Source of the DNA: an uncultured Actinomycetota bacterium
Lineage (GTDB): Bacteria; Actinomycetota; Actinomycetes; JADGOV01
DNA: 64,000 nt
Direction of reading: 5' to 3'
Assembly: GCA_963814355.1 (NCBI GenBank)
Contig: CAWFCZ010000018.1
Location: 854,590-918,589, forward strand
In this document: positions 48,391-59,792 of the stretch, piece by piece
Position numbering within the stretch: the stretch's first letter is position 1
Layout: each line of letters begins with the position of its first letter
Program-made: the position numbers and the translations under genes
Notes under the pieces: generated by a model
What the model was told of the DNA's origin: nothing
The model's database searches: none
What the model saw: only the letters and a program-made list of their open reading frames with translations

Positions 48391-49362
48391 ATGGAGTACA
48401 CCCACCTCGGCCGCAGCGGCCTGTCCGTCAGCCGGCTCTGCCTGGGCACGATGAACTTCGGCCCGCAGACCCCTGAGTCCGACTCACACGCGATCATGGA
48501 TCGGGCGCACGAGCACGGCATCAACTTCTTCGATACGGCCAACGTCTACGGCTGGAAGGCCGGCGAAGGGGTGACCGAGCAGATCATTGGGCGCTGGTTC
48601 GCCTCCGGTGGCGGTCGCCGCGAGCGCACGGTGATCGCCACCAAGCTGTACGGCAGCATGAGCGACTGGCCGAACGACACGTTCCTGTCTGCGCTGAACA
48701 TCCGCCGGGCGTGCGAGGCGTCGCTGAAGCGGCTGCAGACCGACTACCTCGACCTTTACCAGATGCACCACGTCGACCGCTCGACGCCGTGGGAGGAGAT
48801 CTGGGAGGCGATGAGCGTCCTGCGCCAGCAAGGCAAGATCGTCTACACCGGCAGCAGCAACTTCGCCGGGTGGCACATCGCGGCGGCCCAGGAGGCGGCC
48901 AACCGACGGCATATCGTCGGCCTGACCAGCGAGCAGAGCATCTACAACCTGCTCACCCGCAACGTCGAGCTCGAGGTCATTCCGGCCTGTGAGCACTACG
49001 GGCTCGGGCTCATCCCGTGGAGCCCGCTCGGCGGCGGCCTGCTGGGCGGCGTCCTGGGCAAGGAGCGCACCGCCGGGCGGCGTAGCGAGGGTCGAGCCCG
49101 GGACCGGCTGGAGGCCCACCGGGAAGCCGTCGAGGCCTACGAGGCCTTCTGCGCCGACGCGGGCGAGGAGCCGGCAAACGTGGGCCTGGCGTGGCTGCTG
49201 CACCAGCCAGTCGTCACCGCTCCGATCATCGGTCCGCGGACCGATGAGCAGCTCGACGGGTCGCTGCGGGCGCTGGAGATCCCACTTGGCGAGAAGGAGT
49301 TGACCCGGCTCGACGAGATCTTCCCTGGCCACCGGAGCGCGCCGGAGGACTACGCGTGGTAG
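48391..49362 (+). CDS. Aldo/keto reductase
   Basis: 323 aa. AKR catalytic tetrad context present (DTANVYG, ...K..., H). Confidence 0.8.
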   Translation: MEYTHLGRSGLSVSRLCLGTMNFGPQTPESDSHAIMDRAHEHGINFFDTANVYGWKAGEGVTEQIIGRWFASGGGRRERTVIATKLYGSMSDWPNDTFLSALNIRRACEASLKRLQTDYLDLYQMHHVDRSTPWEEIWEAMSVLRQQGKIVYTGSSNFAGWHIAAAQEAANRRHIVGLTSEQSIYNLLTRNVELEVIPACEHYGLGLIPWSPLGGGLLGGVLGKERTAGRRSEGRARDRLEAHREAVEAYEAFCADAGEEPANVGLAWLLHQPVVTAPIIGPRTDEQLDGSLRALEIPLGEKELTRLDEIFPGHRSAPEDYAW

Positions 49363-49384
49363 TTCGGCTTCCAGGAGTCGATTC

Positions 49385-49930
49385 TCAGATGGGCAAGTCC
49401 CAGGCCGCGATCTGCTCGTGACGTACCACGGCGCCAAGCGTGCTGCGCACCAGCACGACCTCCGGGACCGGCTCCACCGGACCGGCGTAGTGCCGTAGGT
49501 GCGCAATGATCGCCCCGGCGTCGGTGCCGCCCGGGGGCCGGGCTCTGGCCAGGGTCAGGTGTGGCCGGTAGCGGCGGTCCTCGATCGAAACCCCGGTGCG
49601 CCGGCAGGCCGCGCTCGTCCGTTCGGCGAGCCGGATCAGAGCGTCCCGGTCGCCGGCCACGCCGGTCCACACCACCCGTGCCCGGCGGGCGGACGGAAAG
49701 GCGCCAGCACCGGCCAGGCCGATCGCCAGCGGACCCGAGCGGGCCGCGGCCCGGCCCATCCGCTGCTCCAGCTCGGCGATCCGCGCGGCCGGCACGTCGC
49801 CGAGGAACGTCAGGGTGAGATGCTGGCGCGCCACCGGCACGAGCCGCCACGGCTCGGGCAGCGCCGGCAACGCCGCAGCCAGCGACTCCAGCGCCGCAGG
49901 TGACGGGTACACCGCGACGAACAGCCGCAC
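49385..49930 (-). CDS. thpR: RNA 2',3'-cyclic phosphodiesterase (2H phosphoesterase, ThpR/LigT)
   Basis: Two H-x-T-x motifs present (HLTLTF and HLTLAR). Confidence 0.7.
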   Translation of the reverse strand: MRLFVAVYPSPAALESLAAALPALPEPWRLVPVARQHLTLTFLGDVPAARIAELEQRMGRAAARSGPLAIGLAGAGAFPSARRARVVWTGVAGDRDALIRLAERTSAACRRTGVSIEDRRYRPHLTLARARPPGGTDAGAIIAHLRHYAGPVEPVPEVVLVRSTLGAVVRHEQIAAWDLPI

Positions 49931-49937
49931 GTCAGGG

Positions 49938-51251
49938 TTAGAAGGCCCGGGCGCGGGCCGCGCCGTCGGAGTATCCGGCCGGCGTGGGCTCGGCCACCGG
50001 ACGGACGTGCACGTGCGGATGCCGGCGGATCAGGTGCGCGGTGAGGGTTACCCGCCGAGCGCGCAGCAGCACCAGCGTGGCGAGGGCCGCGCCCAGCGCG
50101 GAGAGCACTCCGCCGATCAGCAGGCTGGAGCGAGGGCCGGCTTCGGTGGCCAGCCAGCCGATCACCGGGGCGCCGAATGGGGTTCCGCCGAGGAAGACGA
50201 GGATGTAGAGCGCCATCACCCGACCACGCATCTCCGGTACGGTCCTGGCCTGCAATGCGGCGTTCGCCGCGGTGGTCATGGTGAGCGCGGCCGCCCCGGT
50301 CGGGATCAGGAGCACGAAGAACGTCCAGTACGTCGGCATCAGGCCGGTGAGCACTTCGAGCAGGCCGAAGGCGAGCGCGGCGCCGAGCACCAGCCGTAGC
50401 CGGACGGTGCGCCGCCCGGCGGCCAGCAGGGCCCCGATCAGCGAGCCGATGGCCAGGCCGGTGGAGAGCAGCCCGTACGCGCCGGCGCCCCGGCCGAAGA
50501 CCTGGGTGGCAATCAGCGCCATGGTGATCTGGAAGTTCAGCCCGAAGGTCCCGACCACACCGATCAGTGCGATCAGCACCATCAGGTCCGGGCGCGCCCG
50601 CACGTAGCGCAGTCCGGCCCGTAGTTGGCCGGGTTCGCGTAGCGCCGGCCGGGCCGGGTGGAGCTCGGCGGTACGCAGTAGCAGCAGCCCGACGATGACC
50701 GCGAGATAGGAGGCCGCGTTGGCCAGGAAGGCCGGGCCGGTCCCCCAGCGGGCGATCACCAGACCGGCGACCGCCGGGCCGACAATGCGGGCCGAGTTGA
50801 AGGTCGCCGAGTTGAGGCTCACCGCGTTGGGCACCAGATCGGCCCCGACGAGTTCGGAGACGAACGCCTGGCGGACCGGGGCGTCCAGCACGCTGGCCAA
50901 TCCGAGAATGAAGGCCAGGGCGTACACCTGGGACAGGGTCACCAGGCCGGTCACGTCCAGCAGCCCGAGGGTCAGCGCGGCCAGTCCCATGCCGGTCTGC
51001 GCCGCCAACAGCAGGGTCCGCTTGGGATAGCGGTCGGCGAGCACCCCGCCGTAGAGACCGAGGAGCAGCGTGGGCAGGAACTGCAACCCGGTGGTGATGC
51101 CCACCGCGGTACCGCTGCCGTGCGACAGCCGCAGCACGAGCCAGTCCTGGGCCAGCCGCTGCATCCAGGTACCAGTGAGGGAGACGACCTGGCCGGTGGC
51201 GAAGATCCGGTAGTTGCGTACCCGCAGGGACCTGAAGAGCGTGCCGGTCAC
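49938..51251 (-). CDS. MFS transporter (EntS/MFS_3-like efflux)
   Basis: GTG start at 51251 overlapping the marR stop. 12 TM segments. Confidence 0.7.
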   Translation of the reverse strand: MTGTLFRSLRVRNYRIFATGQVVSLTGTWMQRLAQDWLVLRLSHGSGTAVGITTGLQFLPTLLLGLYGGVLADRYPKRTLLLAAQTGMGLAALTLGLLDVTGLVTLSQVYALAFILGLASVLDAPVRQAFVSELVGADLVPNAVSLNSATFNSARIVGPAVAGLVIARWGTGPAFLANAASYLAVIVGLLLLRTAELHPARPALREPGQLRAGLRYVRARPDLMVLIALIGVVGTFGLNFQITMALIATQVFGRGAGAYGLLSTGLAIGSLIGALLAAGRRTVRLRLVLGAALAFGLLEVLTGLMPTYWTFFVLLIPTGAAALTMTTAANAALQARTVPEMRGRVMALYILVFLGGTPFGAPVIGWLATEAGPRSSLLIGGVLSALGAALATLVLLRARRVTLTAHLIRRHPHVHVRPVAEPTPAGYSDGAARARAF

Positions 51252-51712
51252 GCCTTGGCCAGCGCTTCGCAGACGGGCAGGGCGGAGCGCAGCGCGGCCC
51301 GGTCCGCCGCCGGAAGGGCCCGCAGCTGCTGGGCGAGCCAGGCCTCGCGGCGTCGCCGGTTGGCCGCCAGCCAGGCGATCCCGGCCGGGGAAATAGCCAC
51401 CAGGCATTGCCGGCCGTCGGTGGGATGGGCGCTCCGGGTGGCCAGTCCGGCGGCCGCGAGCGCCGCGATCACCCGGGTCATCGACGGGGGCTGGACCCGC
51501 TCGTGCCCGGCCAGCGCGCCGGCGGTCATCGGGCCGTGCCGCTCCAAGGAGGCCAGCGCGGCGATCTGGGTGAGCGTCAGCCGGCTGTCGGAACCTTCGG
51601 CCCGAAGCCGCCGGGCCAGGCGCAGCACGGCGATGCGCACGTCCTGGGCCAATGCGTCGGCTTCCCCCGCCACCGCGGCAGCCCGAGCAGTCGTCGCTGT
51701 CGGGGTGGCCAT
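51248..51712 (-). CDS. MarR family transcriptional regulator
   Basis: Start at ATG 51712 (MATPTATTARAA...). Winged HTH present (LTLTQIAALASLERHGPMTAGALAGHERVQPPSMTRVIAAL). Forms an operon with the MFS gene. Confidence 0.7.
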   Translation of the reverse strand: MATPTATTARAAAVAGEADALAQDVRIAVLRLARRLRAEGSDSRLTLTQIAALASLERHGPMTAGALAGHERVQPPSMTRVIAALAAAGLATRSAHPTDGRQCLVAISPAGIAWLAANRRRREAWLAQQLRALPAADRAALRSALPVCEALAKA

Positions 51713-51838
51713 ATCGTTAGCATAGCAAACGATACGGACGGCGGCGAGGCTCGCACATCCTCGCCGGTGGCCCAGCGGTGGCGGTCCGGAGATCGGCCGG
51801 CCGCGACCACCGCGTGCCAAGCCGGATCACCCGGTCGG

Positions 51839-52252
51839 ATGCGGGCGCATTTCGACGCGCTCTGTACCGTGGAAGCCGTGCACCCTGACTCCCCGCTCGA
51901 CCCGTTCTCCGGCGACCCCGCCGATCCGGCCAAGGTGCTGGGCAGCGACGAGCTCAACGAGCCGCTCTCGCCGGAGGAGCGCGAGGAGGTGCTCGGCGAC
52001 CTCGAGGACCTGGAGATGTTCCGTACCCTGCTCGAACCGCGGCGGGTCCGCGGGCTGGTGGTGGACTGCGCGGACTGCGACGAGCCGCACTTCTTCAGCT
52101 GGGATCTGCTCGCCGGGAACCTGCGGCACCTGCTCGACATCGGCCAGACCCGGATGCACGAGCCGGCCTTCAACCCGGACCCGGCGGACTATGTCAGCTG
52201 GGACTATGCCAGGGGGTTCGCCGACGGGGTGCTAGGTGCCGACGACAGCTGA
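51839..52252 (+). CDS. Conserved acidic actinobacterial hypothetical protein
   Basis: ATG at 51839 (MRAHFDALCT...). 137 aa, highly acidic with a CADCDEPHFF Cys/His cluster. Confidence 0.45.
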   Translation: MRAHFDALCTVEAVHPDSPLDPFSGDPADPAKVLGSDELNEPLSPEEREEVLGDLEDLEMFRTLLEPRRVRGLVVDCADCDEPHFFSWDLLAGNLRHLLDIGQTRMHEPAFNPDPADYVSWDYARGFADGVLGADDS

Positions 52253-52267
52253 CCGGCGCCGGCCCGC

Positions 52268-52774
52268 TCAGGCCAACGCCAGGGTGCCGAGGCCTGGTAC
52301 CGCGACCGTCCGGCCGGCAGCGAGGATCTCGTAACCGTCACCCGCCAACTGCAGCACGCTCAACCGAGAACCCGGCTCGGCGATCACGTAGCGCTGGATC
52401 CCGAGGCGGGCGTACAGCGCCCGCTTGGTGACCCAGTCGCGGGCCTCCTGCCTGGGGCTGGTCACCTCGAGGACCAGCCACACCGCCGCCGGAGCAAACG
52501 CGGCAGGTAGGTCCGTCATGTCCGCGACGATCAAGAGGTCCGGTATCGGCGCATCGGGACCGGCGTCGATCTGCGCCCCGGGCAGCACCAGGCGACCGGC
52601 CGGACACTGCGCGGCAAGCTGCCTGAAAAGCTCGCCCACGACGCGCTGGCGATTCCCCCCGGCCATCGGCGTCACCGACAGACTCCCGTCGATGATCTCG
52701 TAACGCTGCCCATCGTTGGGCATCGTCACAAGGTCGGACGCGACGTAGTACCCCCGTTGCGTCGCGACGGTCAT
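52268..52774 (-). CDS. Uma2-family (DUF820) PD-(D/E)xK-type putative endonuclease
   Basis: 168 aa. Conserved YEIIDG...PDL..E motif pattern of Uma2 proteins (YEIIDGSLSV ... PDLLIVAD ... LVLEVTSP). Confidence 0.65.
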   Translation of the reverse strand: MTVATQRGYYVASDLVTMPNDGQRYEIIDGSLSVTPMAGGNRQRVVGELFRQLAAQCPAGRLVLPGAQIDAGPDAPIPDLLIVADMTDLPAAFAPAAVWLVLEVTSPRQEARDWVTKRALYARLGIQRYVIAEPGSRLSVLQLAGDGYEILAAGRTVAVPGLGTLALA

Positions 52775-52793
52775 CCCGCGAGCGTAGCGCCGA

Positions 52794-53420
52794 TCAGCGC
52801 ACCAGCCCCCACCGGAAGCCGAGCGCCACCGCCTGGGCGCGGTCGTGGACTCCCATCTTGCGGAACAACCGGCGGGCGTGCGTCTTGATGGTGTCCTCGG
52901 ACAGGTAGAGCTCCCGGCCTATGGTGCCGTTGCTCTTGCCCTGGCTCATCCCGCGCAACACCTGCAGCTCTCGCTCGGTCAGCGACGGGGCGGGCGTGTC
53001 CGGCTGCGCCGGCGTTCGGCGGTCGTTGTGCCGCTGGGCCAGCTGTTCGGTGGTGGCTACGGTGTGGGCGACCGCGGCGCAGAGTTCCTCGGTACCGACA
53101 TCCTTGCTGAGGAACCCGCGCGCGCCGGCGGCCACCGCGGCGGCCACCGCATCCCGGTCGGCGGCGACCGTGAGTACCACCACGTTCGCGTCCGGATGGG
53201 AACGCACGAGTTGCCGTGTTGCCTCCACGCCGCCGATGCCGGGCATGTTGATGTCCATCAGGACAAGATGGGGGCGGGTTGCCGAATACCGCGTGATGGC
53301 CTCCTCGCCTCGGGTGGCGATCTCCACCCGGCTCACGCCGGGGATGCCCGCGACGTAGGCGCGCAGGCCGTCGCGTACGGGTTGCGAGTCGTCGCAGATC
53401 AACACGGTGGTCAAAGCCAC
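52794..53420 (-). CDS. NarL/FixJ-type response regulator (REC + LuxR HTH), orphan
   Basis: GTG start at 53420 with a GGAGGTG SD. REC domain with an Asp pocket (VLICDDS...LVLMDINMPG). C-terminal LuxR HTH (LTERELQVLRGMSQGKSNGTIGRELYLSEDTIKTH). No sensor kinase gene is within 10 kb. Confidence 0.75.
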   Translation of the reverse strand: MALTTVLICDDSQPVRDGLRAYVAGIPGVSRVEIATRGEEAITRYSATRPHLVLMDINMPGIGGVEATRQLVRSHPDANVVVLTVAADRDAVAAAVAAGARGFLSKDVGTEELCAAVAHTVATTEQLAQRHNDRRTPAQPDTPAPSLTERELQVLRGMSQGKSNGTIGRELYLSEDTIKTHARRLFRKMGVHDRAQAVALGFRWGLVR

Positions 53421-53596
53421 CGCACCTCCGGCCCTCTTTCGGTGTACCTGCGCCACGGCAATTGCCGACGGCTCTCTCACTCATCGGCAGGTACCGCGAT
53501 GGAGGTAAGGTCGCCGACGGCGCCAGTTCGGGGCCGCCTCCCAACTCCGGAGGCGGCCCCGTGGACCCAGGCTGGTGGTGCGTGGTGCGGCTGCGC

Positions 53597-55279
<1,683 letters not shown>

Positions 55280-55597
55280 TTACTTCTCGATGACCGCGAG
55301 AACGTCGCGGGCGGACAGCACGAGGTATTCCTCGTTGTTGTACTTGACCTCGGTGCCGCCGTACTTGGAGTAGATGACGGTGTCACCGACACTGACGTCG
55401 AGCGGCACCCGGTTGCCGTCTTCGAACCGGCCGGGGCCGACCGCCAAAACGGTGCCCTCCTGAGGCTTCTCCTTGGCGGTGTCCGGAATCACGATCCCGG
55501 ACGCCGTGGTCTGCTCCGCGTCGGAGGGCTGCACCACAATGCGGTCCTCAAGCGGCTTGATGGCTACCTTGGTGGATGAATCGGTGGCGGTCGCCAC
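55280..55597 (-). CDS. groES: Co-chaperonin GroES
   Basis: GTG start with an [20 protein letters not shown] mobile-loop region. Confidence 0.9.
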   Translation of the reverse strand: MATATDSSTKVAIKPLEDRIVVQPSDAEQTTASGIVIPDTAKEKPQEGTVLAVGPGRFEDGNRVPLDVSVGDTVIYSKYGGTEVKYNNEEYLVLSARDVLAVIEK

Positions 55598-55675
55598 GAC
55601 CTACCTCCCTTATCGCTAAAAATGCGCACATGTCTGGTGCGAGTTGGACGCCTGCCGTCGCGGGGATCAGGTGCC

Positions 55676-55702
55676 GTGTCGCCGATTGGCACTCTCGGGT
55701 GC
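55676..55702 (-). promoter_or_regulatory. CIRCE element (HrcA operator) upstream of groES
   Basis: TTGGCACTC-N9-GAGTGCCAA is a perfect inverted repeat. It closely matches the CIRCE consensus TTAGCACTC-N9-GAGTGCTAA and lies about 80 bp upstream of the groES start. Confidence 0.65.
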
Positions 55703-55809
55703 CGAGTGCCAATCTAGAACGATCGGCACGGCGCCGTCAACCGGGAGCCGGGAAAGCACCGGGAGTTGCAACCGCCCACTCGGCAGCCTCCCCCCGGTAC
55801 AACGGGTGA

Positions 55810-56355
55810 CTACTTCTCCTTGATCGTCGCCCCCGCGGCGGCTGAGTCCTTACCGATCTGCTTGAGCAGAGAGTCCGCCCCGAGCAGGTCGCCCGGGTTG
55901 AACGAACCGGACTTCAGCCCGGTGGCCAGGCCGGTCAAGGCGACCGCCGCCCTCTCCAGCGGGGCGGTCAGCTTGCACAACTGGGGGTCGGCGGCGGCGT
56001 TGTTCTTTGCCCGGCGCAGTTGGTCGGCGACCACCAGCCCGGAGGCGCCTGCCTTGGTCAGTGCAGCGACCCGGCCCGGGGTGCCCTTGGCGAACGCTCC
56101 GGCCCGGTAGGGCTTGAGGATGTACCGGTTGAAGGCGCCGTAGGCGATTCCGGCGTTCACCAGAAAGCGGGTCTTCGCCAACTTCCTCGTGCCGGCGCTG
56201 GCGCACGCCGCAGACGTCGGGCTCGCGGCGCTCACCTCGTCGCTGGATGTGGTGCCCGGGGACTGGGCGGTGGTCTTCGTGGCGGTATCGCTGCTACCGC
56301 AACCGACCGTGAACGCCAGCATCAGGCAGGACACCAGCAGGGCAACTCGGCGCAC
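55810..56355 (-). CDS. Hypothetical secreted lipoprotein
   Basis: GTG start at 56355 gives a signal peptide with a lipobox (VRRVALLVSCLMLAFTVGCGSS). The mature protein is Ala/Lys-rich. The longer ORF form (56496) has no signal. Confidence 0.4.
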   Translation of the reverse strand: MRRVALLVSCLMLAFTVGCGSSDTATKTTAQSPGTTSSDEVSAASPTSAACASAGTRKLAKTRFLVNAGIAYGAFNRYILKPYRAGAFAKGTPGRVAALTKAGASGLVVADQLRRAKNNAAADPQLCKLTAPLERAAVALTGLATGLKSGSFNPGDLLGADSLLKQIGKDSAAAGATIKEK

Positions 56356-56562
56356 GCGAACTCCAGTGCTGAAGAACGGAGACGAATGAAGAGGGCGATG
56401 CCCGGCGGAGCCGCTTGCACGCCGTCCGGCATGAACGTGTGGCCATGACGTTACCGTTTCCCGATCCACCGGGCGACCCGACGGGCAATCCGCCAATCCC
56501 CCAGGGCAGATTCGGGGCCCGCGCGGGGACTATCGAGGTGAGGTGGAGGACCCCACGGCGAC

Positions 56563-57303
56563 CTACCGGGCGGCTAAGGGCACGGTGGGCCGGGGGCCGA
56601 GGTAGCCGATCCGGTCCAGGAGTACCACCATCTGCTGGTCGAACAGGGCGGCGGGATCCAGCATCGGCGGGAGGTGGTGGAACAGCTCCAGGGTGATCAG
56701 CCCGTGCAGCGTGGCCCAGCAGGTCAACGCCGCGCACAGCGCCCCGGGCGGCAGCGCCGCCGGACCGCTCGCCCGCCAGGCTTCCAACTGCGGGCGCAGC
56801 GCCGGGCTTACCAAGGCCTCCAGCCGCTCCTGGTCCATCGCGCCGGACTCGACGCAGTGCCGCATCACCGCCAAAAGGACGTCGACCCCGCGGAACATGG
56901 CCGGCTTCGTACGGTCCTCCGGTGCCTCGTACCCGGGCACCGGCGTGCCGAAGATCAGCGTGTAGTCCGACGGATGGTCCAGCGCCCAGCGTCGGTAGGC
57001 GCCAGCCACGTCCACCCACAGCTGCCCGCCACTGCCGATGGAGGCGTCCCGAGCGGTTTCCAGGTGCTCGGCGAGGCTGGTGAAGGCGTCGACCACAAGA
57101 TCGGTAAGGAGGTCGTCGCGGCTGGGGAAGTAGCGATAGAGCGCGCTGGCGGTCAGCCCCATCTCCCGGGCCACTCCGCGCAGCGACAAAGCGGCGGCTC
57201 CCTCGACGGCGAGCTGCCGGCGGGCGGTCTCCTTGATCTCCTCGATGGTCGCCTGCCGTAGCCGCTGGCGCCGGGGCAGCTTTCCCACCGTCGCGGACGC
57301 CAT
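56563..57303 (-). CDS. TetR/AcrR family transcriptional regulator
   Basis: Start at ATG 57303 (MASATVGKLPRRQRLRQ...). TetR HTH present (LSLRGVAREMGLTASALYRYFPSRDDLL). Divergent from the MMPL gene. Confidence 0.7.
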   Translation of the reverse strand: MASATVGKLPRRQRLRQATIEEIKETARRQLAVEGAAALSLRGVAREMGLTASALYRYFPSRDDLLTDLVVDAFTSLAEHLETARDASIGSGGQLWVDVAGAYRRWALDHPSDYTLIFGTPVPGYEAPEDRTKPAMFRGVDVLLAVMRHCVESGAMDQERLEALVSPALRPQLEAWRASGPAALPPGALCAALTCWATLHGLITLELFHHLPPMLDPAALFDQQMVVLLDRIGYLGPRPTVPLAAR

Positions 57304-57442
57304 GGCCCCATCATGCTCAGTGCAGTGAACTCCGTCAACTTCTGCGAACGACGCTCTTGACAGCGTTGGTCCCTGGTTGACACTGTTCTCACCAGCGAGC
57401 GACGCGCACTCAGCGCTACGCCGCACGCAGAGCGGAGACCCG

Positions 57443-59659
57443 ATGCTCACGACCCTGGCCCGGTTGCTGGTTCGTCACGCCCGTCTGGTGCTGGCGGTGG
57501 CCCTCATCGCGCTCCTCGGCGCAGGCGTGGTGGGTATGGGGGCGTTCGCCAAGCTCAAGACGGCCGGTTTCGAGGCCCCCGACTCCGGCGCGGTCCGGGC
57601 TCGCGCGGTGCTCGCCACCCAGTTCGGCGGCGAACCCGACCTCGTGCTGCTGGTCCGTACACCCGGCTCGGTCGACGGCCCGGCCGGAGCCGCCGCCGGG
57701 CGGGCGGTGACCGATCGCCTGGCCGCCGAAGCCGGCGTGGCGGGGGTCACCTCGTACTGGACCTCCGGCGCGCCGAGCCTGCGGGGCCGCGACGGCCGGG
57801 CCGGGCTGGTGCTCGCCCACGTCGCCGGCGACGAGCAGGCCGCCGCCGACCGGACTCGGCAGCTCACCGACGCCTTTGCGGGGCCGGCACCCGGCGGGGC
57901 TACGGTGACGGTCGGCGGTGGCGCCGCGATCGGCAACCAGATCGGCGGCCAGGTGGCCACCGATCTGGCCCGGGCCGAGTCGGTCGCGGTACCGCTGACG
58001 CTGCTGCTGCTGGTCCTCGCCTTCGGCAGTATCGTCGCAGCGCTGCTGCCACTGGTGATCAGCGGGATCGCGATCTTCGGTACCTTGGCGGTGCTCGCGG
58101 TGCTGGCCAGCGTGACCGACGTATCAGTCTTCGCGCTCAACCTCACCACCGCGCTCGGTCTCGGGCTAGGGATCGACTACGCCCTGCTGATGGTCAACCG
58201 GTACCGGGAGGAGTTGCAGCGCGGGTCTGGGCCGGAGCAGGCCGTGGTCACCACGATGGCCACCGCCGGGCGCACCATCATCTTCAGCGGGGTCACCGTC
58301 GCGGTCGCCCTGTCGGCCATGCTGGTCTTTCCGCTGTACTTCCTGCGCTCCTTCGCCTACGCCGGGATCGCCGTCGTGGCCATCGCGGTGGCGGCCGCCG
58401 TGCTCGTGCTGCCGGCGCTGCTCGCGGTCCTGGGCACCAGGGTCAACGCCGGGCGGTTGCCCGGTCTGCGGCGCTGGAGCATCCCCTCCGGGGAAAGCCG
58501 GTTCTGGCGCCGGATCGCGGACGGCGTGCTCCGGCGGCCGGTGCTGTACGCGCTGCCGGTGGTCGTTCTGCTGGTCGCGCTGGGAACCCCGTTCGCCTCG
58601 ATCCGTTTCGGGACCCCGGACGATCGGGCCCTGCCGACCAGCGCAAGCACCCGGCAGGTGGGAGACGCGCTGCGCGGCGAGTTCCCCAGCGACGACGCCG
58701 CCGCGCTGTCCGTGCTGGTCGCCGGCAGCTCCCCGGCCGCGCTGGTCCCCTACGCCCGCCGGCTCGCCGGGCTGCCCGACGTCGCCCGAGTGCAGACCGC
58801 GACCGGCACCTACGCCGCCGGGTCCCCCACCGTCCCCGGCTCCGCGGCGACGGCCCGGTACGCGACCGGCTCGACCGTGCTCCTCAGCGTCATTCCCGCC
58901 GTGGACCCGCAGACCCCGGCAGCCGAACGGCTGGTACGCACGATCCGCTCGACACCCGCGCCCGGTGCGTCGGTGCTCGTCGGCGGTACGTCGGCCAGCC
59001 TGGTCGACCAGAAGTCCGCTATCCGCGACCGGCTGCCGCTCGCCCTGGGCATCGTCGCGCTGACCACCCTGCTGGTGCTGTTCCTGTTCACCGGGAGCGT
59101 GGTACTGCCGATCAAGGCGCTGGTGCTCAACGTGCTGAGCCTGTCCGCGGTGTTCGGTGCGATGGTCTGGATCTTCCAGCAGGGTCACCTGTCCGGGCTG
59201 CTCGGCTTCACCCCCGGGCCGATCAACACCTCCATGCCGGTGCTGCTGTTCTGCATCGCGTTCGGCCTGTCGATGGACTACGAGGTCTTCCTGCTGTCCC
59301 GGATCGCCGAGCTACACCGCGCCGGCGCGGACACCCGGACCGCGGTCGCCGGCGGCCTGGCCCGGACCGGGCGGATCGTCAGCACGGCGGCCGCGCTGCT
59401 GGCGGTGACGTTCTTCGCCTTCGGCACCTCGAGTGTCTCGTTCATCAAGCTCTTCGGGATCGGTACCGGGATCGCGATCCTCATCGACGCCACCCTGATT
59501 CGCGGCGTCCTGGTACCGGCTTTCATGCGCCTCGCCGGCGGCGCGAACTGGTGGGCGCCGGGCCCGCTGCGCCGGCTGCACGCCCGGCTCGGGCTGGCCG
59601 AGGCTCCAGCATCCGAGCCTGCGCCACCACCCCGGGAAATGGAGCCGGCCGCCACCTGA
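57443..59659 (+). CDS. MMPL-family RND transporter
   Basis: ATG 57443 with a GGAG SD. 12 TM segments with two large periplasmic loops. 738 aa, typical MmpL architecture. Confidence 0.8.
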   Translation: MLTTLARLLVRHARLVLAVALIALLGAGVVGMGAFAKLKTAGFEAPDSGAVRARAVLATQFGGEPDLVLLVRTPGSVDGPAGAAAGRAVTDRLAAEAGVAGVTSYWTSGAPSLRGRDGRAGLVLAHVAGDEQAAADRTRQLTDAFAGPAPGGATVTVGGGAAIGNQIGGQVATDLARAESVAVPLTLLLLVLAFGSIVAALLPLVISGIAIFGTLAVLAVLASVTDVSVFALNLTTALGLGLGIDYALLMVNRYREELQRGSGPEQAVVTTMATAGRTIIFSGVTVAVALSAMLVFPLYFLRSFAYAGIAVVAIAVAAAVLVLPALLAVLGTRVNAGRLPGLRRWSIPSGESRFWRRIADGVLRRPVLYALPVVVLLVALGTPFASIRFGTPDDRALPTSASTRQVGDALRGEFPSDDAAALSVLVAGSSPAALVPYARRLAGLPDVARVQTATGTYAAGSPTVPGSAATARYATGSTVLLSVIPAVDPQTPAAERLVRTIRSTPAPGASVLVGGTSASLVDQKSAIRDRLPLALGIVALTTLLVLFLFTGSVVLPIKALVLNVLSLSAVFGAMVWIFQQGHLSGLLGFTPGPINTSMPVLLFCIAFGLSMDYEVFLLSRIAELHRAGADTRTAVAGGLARTGRIVSTAAALLAVTFFAFGTSSVSFIKLFGIGTGIAILIDATLIRGVLVPAFMRLAGGANWWAPGPLRRLHARLGLAEAPASEPAPPPREMEPAAT

Positions 59660-59792
59660 CCTGGCGACCACACGGTTGCGCCACCCGGAGTCGATCAGGA
59701 ACCTCGGCGTAGGCGTCGGCCTCAGGGCCGCTGACCCGACGCTAACCCTGAGGTGCTTGATCGGTTAGCTGGGTGCGAAGGCGGGGCCAGCG

